This document shows, one piece after another, positions 19,084-26,536 of a stretch of 64,000 bases of DNA. Location: positions 3,601,343 through 3,665,342 of the forward strand of contig OZ247430.1 of the NCBI GenBank assembly GCA_965232895.1. The letters run 5' to 3'. Below the pieces are notes generated by a model. The model saw only the letters and a program-made list of their open reading frames with translations. It did no database searches and was not told the DNA's origin. Position 1 is the stretch's first letter. Each line of letters starts with the position of its first letter. The stretch is from Dehalococcoidia bacterium. Lineage in GTDB: Bacteria > Chloroflexota > Dehalococcoidia > Lucifugimonadales > UBA3495. The position numbers were made by a program, and so were the translations under genes.

Positions 19084-19459
19084 TTGATCGCGGACGGGTC
19101 AGCCATCCACGAGGCCACGCTTGTTCCGATCGATCCACCCCACCACCGGACAGCCGGCGTACACGACCCGCTACGTGTACGCCGACACCACGCTGTCCAC
19201 CCACGGTGGCAACGTTGGCAAGGTCAGCGTCACCAGCGAGGAGCATACGCGCCTCCAGCAGATGGCCGAATACCTGGAACGCTGTTGCAATGACCTCAAC
19301 GCCGCCGGATACGACGTCATTGCCATTACCCCCGTCATCAGCGGCCGTACCGCCTATACGCACTCGGAAACCACCGACATCCACCCCGGCCACGGATATA
19401 GCGTCACCGACGGCCTCATCATCACCGGCCGCCTCAAACCTCCAGAGTCCAACCAATGA
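19084..19459 (+). pseudogene. Hypothetical protein, probably frameshifted near 19138-19141
   Basis: ORFs 19084-19293 and 19121-19459 join if one C is removed from CCACCCCACC. Confidence 0.4.
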
Positions 19460-19875
19460 CACAGTTTTCCCCCATCGAACCCTTCAACGAACCCGCCGCG
19501 GCTATCGTTGACTATCGTAAACAGGCCCGCGAGTTCCTGGTCAAAAGTCGCCAGTACCTGGCCGCGGACGACCTCCATCAGGCGTCGGAAAAAGGCTGGG
19601 GCGCGGCGGCCTGGATGGCCAAAGCCGTCGCCGACGCTCAAGGTTGGGAATACAATAAGCACTCTCAGTTTAACACTGTGATGTACCAGGCACAGGACTT
19701 ATGCGGCAACGTCAGGCTGGATGATTTAAGGGGCAATGCCAACGAATTGCACGGGTATTTTTATACCCACAAGGCGTTCCTGCGTGCTGACGTTATCAGC
19801 CGTGGACTGGACCGGATGGCAACCCTACTGGACATCCTCGAACCCCTCACTCAAACCTCTGAGACCAACCCATGG
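19456..19875 (+). CDS. PaREP1 (HEPN-like) family protein, copy 1; expected stop reads TGG
   Basis: QASEKGWGAAA...ANELHGYFY; frame runs on to 20466. Confidence 0.75.
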
Positions 19876-20291
19876 CGCAGTCTTCCCCCATCGAACCCTT
19901 CAACGAGCCCGCGGCAGCCGTCGCCGACTATCGGCAGCAGGCCCGCGAGTTCCTGGTCAAAAGCCGCCAGTATCTTTCCGAGGACGACTTGCACCAAGCT
20001 TCGGAAAAGGGCTGGGGCGCCGCCGCCTGGATGGCCAAAGCCGTTGCCGAAGCCCAGGGCTGGCAATACAAGCGCCACGAAGAGTTCGCGGATGTCGTCA
20101 ACCGCGCCTCGCGATTGTCAGGTGACACCAGGCTGCGACAGCTCCGCGCCGAAGCCAATGAACTGCACGGCTATTTCTATACCAGAAAACGTTTCCTGGA
20201 CCCAGACGACATCGCCGAAGGTCTCGACCGCATGGTCGTGCTCCTCGACATCCTCGAACCCCTCACCCAAACCTCTGAGACCAACCCATGA
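19872..20291 (+). CDS. PaREP1 (HEPN-like) family protein, copy 2
   Basis: QASEKGWGAAA...ANELHGYFY. Confidence 0.82.
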   Translation: MAQSSPIEPFNEPAAAVADYRQQAREFLVKSRQYLSEDDLHQASEKGWGAAAWMAKAVAEAQGWQYKRHEEFADVVNRASRLSGDTRLRQLRAEANELHGYFYTRKRFLDPDDIAEGLDRMVVLLDILEPLTQTSETNP

Positions 20292-20701
20292 CGCAGTCTT
20301 CCCCCATCGAACCCTTCAACGAGCCCGCGGCAGCTGTCGCCGACTATCGGCAGCAAGCCCGCGAGTTCCTGGTCAAGAGTCGCCAATATCTTTCCGAGGA
20401 CGACTTGCACCAGGCTTCGGAAAAGGGCTGGGGAGCCGCAGCCTGGATGGCCAAAGCGGTCGCTGACGCCCGTGGTTGGGAATACGAAAAACATCCTCAG
20501 TTCAGCGTCATGTTGAACAATGCCCGCCGGGTCACTGGCGACGTTCGATTGTTGGGTATGGCAGGAATCGCCAACGATCTGCACGGAAATTTTTACACTC
20601 GCAAGCGATTTCTGGATGCTGAAAGCATCGCCCTTGGCATTGATCAGATTGAAATCCTGCTCGGAATCCTCGAACCCCTAACTGAGACTAGCACACCTTA
20701 G
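20288..20701 (+). CDS. PaREP1 (HEPN-like) family protein, copy 3
   Basis: QASEKGWGAAA...ANDLHGNFY. Confidence 0.82.
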   Translation: MTQSSPIEPFNEPAAAVADYRQQAREFLVKSRQYLSEDDLHQASEKGWGAAAWMAKAVADARGWEYEKHPQFSVMLNNARRVTGDVRLLGMAGIANDLHGNFYTRKRFLDAESIALGIDQIEILLGILEPLTETSTP

Positions 20702-20710
20702 GAGTCACAC

Positions 20711-21739
20711 ATGACCAGCAGCGCAGAACGTCACGTCGAAACCGCCGACACCATCGAGGCCATCGAGGAATGCTTCCGCATGGGGTGGACCGACGGCCTT
20801 CCCGTCGTCCCGCCCGCTGACTACAAGGTCCGCGAGATGCTCTCGTTCGCCGGCCTCACCGGCGAGGAGGAACTGCTTAACCTCGACATGCGCAGCCGTG
20901 TCATCACCTCCGAAAACGCCGCCGCCAACGCCGTCATGGCCGGCTGCGAGGCCGAGTACTTCCCCGTGCTCGTCACCGCCCTGCGCACGCTGGAAGAGGA
21001 GCGCAACTTCGTCAACATGGCGGCGTCTTCCACCAGCTCGCCCAGCATACTCATGGTCCTCAACGGACCCATCCGCGAGGCGTTGGGCATCAACAGCCGC
21101 GACGGACTCTTCGGACCCGGCTTCCGCGCCAACGCCAGCATCGGCCGCGCCGTCCGTCTGTGTTTTATGAACGGATTCGACGCCTGGCCCGGCCAACTCG
21201 ACCGCGGCACCCTGGGCACCCCGGCCAAGTACACCTTCTGCATCGCCGAAAACGAGGAGACCTCCCCATGGGAGCCGCTGCACGTCAGTCGCGGCTTCGA
21301 AGCCTCCGATAGCGTGGTCACGGTCGCCGTCGCCTACAACCCGGTCAGCGTGCCCAACAGCTACGCCCATAACGGCCGCGCTATCCTGCTGTCCATCTGC
21401 GACGCCCTGCGCTCCGCCGCCCTCGCCCATCGTTACCCGGCCCAGTGGGTCATCGTCATCGGACCCGAGCACGCCATCACCCTCCAGGGCGACGGCTGGA
21501 CCCGCCGGGACATCCAGGACTTCCTGATTGAGAACAGCGGCCGTTCCCGCGCCGAACTGGTGCGCCTCGGTTCCAAGCAGGGCCCGGAACAGCCTGGCGA
21601 CGAGGAACTCATCATGCGCTGTGCCATCGACCCCAACGACATCCTGATCATGCACGGCGGCGGCACCGGCGGCCGCTACAGCGCCATCATCGACACTACC
21701 GGCTACCGCATCCGCACGCGCAAGATCTCCGCCAACTAG
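20711..21739 (+). CDS. Conserved hypothetical protein of the GWTDGLP family, often found next to UGSC proteins
   Basis: GWTDGLPVVPP, NAVMAGC, FGPGFRANASIGRAVRL, IAENEE and PWEPLH motifs. Confidence 0.8.
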   Translation: MTSSAERHVETADTIEAIEECFRMGWTDGLPVVPPADYKVREMLSFAGLTGEEELLNLDMRSRVITSENAAANAVMAGCEAEYFPVLVTALRTLEEERNFVNMAASSTSSPSILMVLNGPIREALGINSRDGLFGPGFRANASIGRAVRLCFMNGFDAWPGQLDRGTLGTPAKYTFCIAENEETSPWEPLHVSRGFEASDSVVTVAVAYNPVSVPNSYAHNGRAILLSICDALRSAALAHRYPAQWVIVIGPEHAITLQGDGWTRRDIQDFLIENSGRSRAELVRLGSKQGPEQPGDEELIMRCAIDPNDILIMHGGGTGGRYSAIIDTTGYRIRTRKISAN

Positions 21740-21834
21740 CATGACCACCCAACTGCCGGAAAACCCCTTCCCCGGCATGAACCCGTACCTGGAGCGCCCT
21801 GAGATTTGGCCGGGGATCCATCAATGGGTGATTA

Positions 21835-22187
21835 GGTAGTGTTGACATTTCGCGCTCGCGCGCACCCAGTTTGCAGCGGGGGATCGTCAGAATCAGGATT
21901 TTCAAGATTTCGGGATTATCAGGATTGGAACCGTTCCATGGCGGAGATCTCCCAATCCTGTCCAATCATAAAATCCCGTAAATCCTGATTCTGACGGTCC
22001 CACGAACTGGGTACGCGTGAGACATTTCGCGTCATTCCAACGAAAGAACGTCACCCCGTACTTGATACGGGGCCGGAATCCAGTGCGTCAATGGAGGAGT
22101 GAACCCGGCCTACTTTCCAATGGCCAAGGTTTATAGGTTCCTGCTTTCGCAGGAATGACGGAGTATTTCCCAAATGTCAACACTACC
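21835..22187. mobile_element. MITE copy B with TA target duplication, containing a nested element
   Basis: Perfect 16-bp TIRs GGTAGTGTTGACATTT/AAATGTCAACACTACC; TA at 21833-21834 and 22188-22189. Confidence 0.92.
21855..22021. mobile_element. Nested 167-bp foldback MITE with a 10-bp target duplication
   Basis: TIRs CTCGCGCGCACCCAGTT and AACTGGGTACGCGTGAG; ACATTTCGCG at 21845-21854 and 22022-22031; absent from copy A. Confidence 0.88.
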
Positions 22188-22914
22188 TAGTGAGCTGGCT
22201 CGGACCTTGGGCCCGCAGTTACGGCCCGAGTACATCGTGCGAGTTGAACAAAGGGTGTGGGTATCAGAGGAACCCGATACCAGTGGTCGGCGCCCCTACC
22301 GCATACCGGATATCACGGTTTTGGATCCCGGTTGGGCCGCCGAGCGAGCTGTTGCCCTGGAAACAGAACCCCGGCAAACCGAGGACGCCATTACTGTGGA
22401 ACTGCCGGCGTTGGAGTTAGAGCAGGAGAGTTACCTTAGAATCACTCGGGTCAGCAACCGCCAGGTCGTGGCGGTAATTGAACTCTTGTCGCCCACCAAC
22501 AAATCCAGCAAGGGGCGGCAGGAATATCTGTCCAAGCGCGCCGAAGTGCAATATAGCCTCACCCATTTGGTGGAAATCGACCTGCTGCGCTCCGGGTCGC
22601 CCATGCTGGTCATTGGAGACGTACCCGGTGGCGACTACCGAATCCTGATCAGTAACGCGCGACTTGCGCCTGATGCATCGCTGGACGTCTTTAGCATGCG
22701 CCAACCGATACCCATCTTTGTCATGCCCTTGGCCGAAGGCTCCGAAGGCATAGCAATAGACCTGAAACCCATCATCGACGAGGTGTACGTCCTCGGGTCC
22801 TACGACCGTGACATCGACTACGACAATGACCCCAACCCGCCCTTCTCTGACTCCGACCGCGCCTGGATCGACCAACTGCTGCGCGAAAAGAAGTTGCGCA
22901 GTTAGGTTAAACGC

Positions 22915-23730
22915 ATGACGACGCAGCAGCCGCAAAATCCGTTTCCCGGCATGAACCCCTACCTGGAAAACCCCGGGCTGTGGCCCGACGTCCATCACAG
23001 TGTCATTGTCAGGTTGCGTGACTATCTCGCCCCGCGCCTGCGGCCTGACTACCGGGTCACGATACAGGAGCGCGTGTACATTGTCTCTGATCCCAACTCC
23101 AGGAGTAGTAGCGACCTTCGGATGCCTGATGTTGCAGTTCTGTCCACCCCCGCGACGCCAGGACGAGATCGGGCCGCAGACGGGCTTGCCCTGGCAGATC
23201 CGCTGGTCGTTCAACTGCCGGAAATGGAACTGGAGCGGCAACTCTATCTGGAAGTAATCCGGGTGAGCAACCGCGAGGTGATAACCGCCATAGAACTGTT
23301 ATCGCCCACTAACAAGTCCGGTTCCGGCCGGCGAGTCTATCAGGCTAAACGTGGCCAAGTGCTGTACAGCATGACACACCTGATGGAAATCGATCTGCTC
23401 CGCTCCGGCCCGCCTATGCCCGTCCTTGATCCAATGCCTGCCAGCCACTACCGCATACTGATCGCCGATGCCCGGCGCACTGAACCGGTAGCCAACTTGT
23501 ACCCATTCGGCATACGCGAGGCCATACCCAACGTCGTCATGCCTCTGGGCAGGGGCGATGAGGGCATCGCAGTGGATCTGCAAGGGGTGATTGACCACGT
23601 GTATGAAGTTGGGTCTTTCGACCTGGACATCGACTACGACCAGGACCCCGCACCGCCCTTCTCCGACGCCGACCGCGCCTGGATCGACCAACTCCTCCGC
23701 GCCCAGGGGTTACGCAAACCCGCACTTTGA
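22915..23730 (+). CDS. DUF4058 family protein (PD-(D/E)XK-like)
   Basis: NPFPGMNPYLE, PDVAV, IELLSPTNK and HLMEIDLLR motifs. Confidence 0.88.
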   Translation: MTTQQPQNPFPGMNPYLENPGLWPDVHHSVIVRLRDYLAPRLRPDYRVTIQERVYIVSDPNSRSSSDLRMPDVAVLSTPATPGRDRAADGLALADPLVVQLPEMELERQLYLEVIRVSNREVITAIELLSPTNKSGSGRRVYQAKRGQVLYSMTHLMEIDLLRSGPPMPVLDPMPASHYRILIADARRTEPVANLYPFGIREAIPNVVMPLGRGDEGIAVDLQGVIDHVYEVGSFDLDIDYDQDPAPPFSDADRAWIDQLLRAQGLRKPAL

Positions 23731-23790
23731 CGGTACAATCCGCCCACATAGTTCGTTCCATCCACACGCCCGCATCAACGGAGGTCTCCC

Positions 23791-24351
23791 ATGACAACCG
23801 CCGAATCGAGCCGTCTCAGGCTCGTCAACCCCAAGGGCACCGAGCTGCCCCAGTCCGAATTCCGGATGAATGACCGCTCCTCCGGCCTTGCCGGCAAGCG
23901 CCTCGGCCTGATGGAAAACTCCAAGGCCAACGCCGACAAGCTCCTGATCGAGCTCGGCAACATCCTCAACGAGCGCCACGGCTTCTCCGAGATCAAGTTC
24001 TACGACAAGGGCCACGCCAGCCTGCCGGCCAAGCCGGATATGATCGACGAGATCTTGAGTGAGGTTGACTACCTCATCACCGGGGTCGGGGATTGAGGGT
24101 CCTGCAGCTCGTGCAGTGTGCACGACGGAATCGACATGGAAAAGCGCGGCGTCCCCACCGCGGCCATCATCACCCACGTTTTTCTCAACACCGCCCAGGC
24201 CATGACCCGCATGATGGGTGTGCCCGACTATCGCTACGTGGTCGCCCAGCATCCGCTGTCCAGTCTCACCGACGATCAGGTCAAGGCTCGCGCCGCTGAG
24301 ATCGCCGACGAAGTGGAGTCCATCCTGACCGGCCAGCCCGTCGCCGCCTAG
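23791..24351 (+). CDS. UGSC family selenoprotein (Sec at TGA 24094-24096), 186 aa
   Basis: In-frame read-through ITGVGD-U-GSCSSCSVHD; N-terminal NSKANAD; C-terminal QHPLSSL; GGAGG RBS. Confidence 0.85.
24109..24125 (+). promoter_or_regulatory. Candidate bacterial SECIS hairpin
   Basis: TCGTGCA-GTG-TGCACGA; loop starts with G, 19 nt after the TGA. Confidence 0.65.
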
Positions 24352-24376
24352 GCATCCGCGTTTCCGGGCCGCCACC

Positions 24377-24775
24377 GTGGCGACTCCCGGCACATCGCAA
24401 CCGTCTCGCCTGCCCATAGACCCGGCCATCCGGCCCGGTCTGGCAGGCGAAACTCAATTGACCGTCGCCGCTGAACACCTGGCTCCCCACACCCCCAAGT
24501 TCAGCACGCCGGCCATGGTCATGCTCATGGAGCAGGCCTCGTACCACGCGGTCCTGTCTCTGCTCCATCCGGATCAAACCGTCGTCGGCTACGAGGTCAA
24601 CGTCAAACACCTGGCCCCGGCCGATGCCGGAGCCATCGTCAGTGCGCGCTCCGTTCTCACCGACGTGTCCGGCAACAAGCTCCGGTTCGAAGTGGAAGTG
24701 CGCCACGGCGATTTGTTGCTTGGCACGGCTGAACATAAGATGGCCATCGTTACCCAGACCCCAATCGGCAGTTGA
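24377..24775 (+). CDS. Fluoroacetyl-CoA thioesterase (FlK)-like hotdog-fold thioesterase
   Basis: FSTPAMVMLMEQA...VGYEVNVKHLAP (Thr/Glu/His triad pattern). Confidence 0.8.
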   Translation: MATPGTSQPSRLPIDPAIRPGLAGETQLTVAAEHLAPHTPKFSTPAMVMLMEQASYHAVLSLLHPDQTVVGYEVNVKHLAPADAGAIVSARSVLTDVSGNKLRFEVEVRHGDLLLGTAEHKMAIVTQTPIGS

Positions 24776-24816
24776 TGGCTGGGCCATTGTCCCTGCAATC
24801 CCTATAGGAGGTCTTC

Positions 24817-25383
24817 ATGTCCTGGATCCGCGAAACCGACGTCGCCGTCCCTTCGGTGATCAGGTGCATGTCTATCAACCCCGACCTCATGGCGGCGGTG
24901 CAGAACCTCAACGCCAAGGCCACCTTCGGTTCCTCAGCGCTGACCCGGACCCAGGAAGAGGCCATTGCCACGGTGGTGTCCCTGGTCAACCGCTGCCGTT
25001 ATTGAGCCGTCGCCCACGGAGGGTTCCTCCGTCAGCACTCCGGCGACCCCGAGTACGCCAGCCACATCATCCACGACTACACCCAGGCCGATCTGGACCC
25101 GCAGACCCGCGCCATCCTCGATTACGCGGTCAAGCTCACCCTGACCCCGGCCTCTATGCAGGAGTCTGACGTCGACTTCCTGCGGTCAGTCGGTCTGACC
25201 GACGAGCAGATCCTGTCCACCGTCGCCATCACCTGCGTGTTCAACTTCATGAACCGCTTGGCCGACGGTCTTGGAGTCGAAATCCCCGAGGGCCGCGAGG
25301 CCATCATGGGGCAATGGCTGTCCGATGCGGCCAAGCAGGCCCAGGACTGGCTCCTTTCCTCCCAGCCGGCCGCGGTGTCCTGA
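24817..25383 (+). CDS. AhpD/carboxymuconolactone decarboxylase family selenoprotein (CxxU, TGA 25003-25005), 188 aa
   Basis: EAIATVVSLVNRCRY-U-AVAH, then an open frame to FNFMNRLADGLGV; AGGAGG RBS. Confidence 0.85.
25009..25047 (+). promoter_or_regulatory. Candidate bacterial SECIS hairpin
   Basis: ACGGAGG-GTT-CCTCCGT with lower stem GTCGCC/GGCGAC; loop starts with G, 17 nt after the TGA. Confidence 0.7.
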
Positions 25384-25516
25384 ACTTCGCCCGTCCCCCG
25401 ATTACTTGGGTCACTGAGCTTGCCCAGAGTGATTCATCATTGCGAGCGAAGCGCGGCAATCGCGCAACCTGAACTACGCCGTCCCCCTCTAGCTAGCCAA
25501 CCCATTCGGAGGCCCC

Positions 25517-26344
25517 ATGACACTCCTACCATCCGGCCGTCCCCGTTTGCAGGATAAGGTCGCCATAGTCACTGGCGCCGGCTCCAGCGGCCCCGGTGTT
25601 GGTACCGGCAAGGCCGCGTCGATTCTGTTCGCCCGCGAAGGGGCTCGCGTCCTCCTCGTCGACCGCAACCTCCAGGCCGCCGAGGAAACCCTGGCCATCA
25701 TCCACGAGGAGGGCGGCGAGGCCTCCGTGATTGCCGCCGACGTCACCTCAGCCGCCGACTGCGAGGCCATCGTCGATGCTGCGGTCGATCGCTACGGCGC
25801 GCTGCACGTGCTCTTCAACAACGTGGGCATTACCGGGCCCGGTACGCCCACCGACGTCGAGGAATCCGTGTGGGACAACGTCCTCGACGTCAATCTCAAG
25901 AGCATGATGCTTACCACCAAGTATGCAGCCTCGAAGATGATCGACGCCGGGGGCGGCAGCATCATTAACATGTCGTCCATCGCCGGCGTTCGCGCTGGCA
26001 GCGGCCTGGCCAGCATCCCCTACTCGGCTTCCAAGTCCGGCGTCATCGGCATGTCCGAGACCATGGCAGTGCATCTGGGCCGCGACAATATCCGCGTCAA
26101 CGTCATCGCCCCCGGCCACATCTACACGCCCATGGTGGCCGGCGCCATGGCTGAGGAAACCCGCGATAACCGTCGTAAAGCCGGCCCTCTCGGGGTCGAG
26201 GGCAACGCCTGGGACATCGCCTACGCCGCCCTGTTCCTGGCCAGCGATGAGGCGCGATGGGTTTCCGGGGTCGTCCTTCCCGTTGACGCCGGCCTCCTCG
26301 CGGCCACTCCCCTCGCCATGTACAACCGCATCCGCGACGAATAA
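25517..26344 (+). CDS. SDR family oxidoreductase
   Basis: VAIVTGAG, NNVG, YSASK and VIAPG motifs. Confidence 0.9.
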   Translation: MTLLPSGRPRLQDKVAIVTGAGSSGPGVGTGKAASILFAREGARVLLVDRNLQAAEETLAIIHEEGGEASVIAADVTSAADCEAIVDAAVDRYGALHVLFNNVGITGPGTPTDVEESVWDNVLDVNLKSMMLTTKYAASKMIDAGGGSIINMSSIAGVRAGSGLASIPYSASKSGVIGMSETMAVHLGRDNIRVNVIAPGHIYTPMVAGAMAEETRDNRRKAGPLGVEGNAWDIAYAALFLASDEARWVSGVVLPVDAGLLAATPLAMYNRIRDE

Positions 26345-26536
26345 TCGGTCTGCCTGTCCGCGGCCACCGATCCATAACGAAGCGTCGGTCCCGGAGCCCT
26401 GCGGATCGGGTCTTTCAGACGCCCTGACTGCCCACGTAGCCGTCGGTGCGACCTATATCCGCTTGTGCTATACCTCAATTCGTTTTCATCGCGAGTACGC
26501 GCCGGCAATCCCGTCGGGCCTGCAACAACCGCCGGG

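Larger units (their letters stand above)
19431..20680 (+). repeat. Tandem triplication with a 416-bp period
   Basis: Gene starts at 19456, 19872 and 20288; near-identical 5' segments. Confidence 0.9.
21741..22905 (+). pseudogene. DUF4058 family gene interrupted by a MITE
   Basis: 5' part MTTQLPENPFPGMNPYLE...HQWVI joins in frame to SELARTLG when 21835-22189 is removed (269 aa); IELLSPTNK and HLVEIDLLR motifs. Confidence 0.9.

Noticed and set aside
19456-20466. 336-aa ORF as a genuine long protein
   Set aside because: Its C-terminal part is an out-of-frame reading of PaREP1 copies 2 and 3, caused by the lost stop.
19431-20701. CRISPR-like repeat-spacer array
   Set aside because: Units are 416-bp protein-coding genes; no short repeats with unique spacers and no cas genes.
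25436-25461. Short palindrome TCATTGCGAGCGAAGCGCGGCAATC as a mobile repeat
   Set aside because: It resembles RPE-type repeats but is a single short copy in this window; not enough support.
26465-26475. Orphan extended -10 (TGCTATACCT) pointing antisense to the CoA-transferase
   Set aside because: No downstream gene or structured RNA recognised; could be chance.
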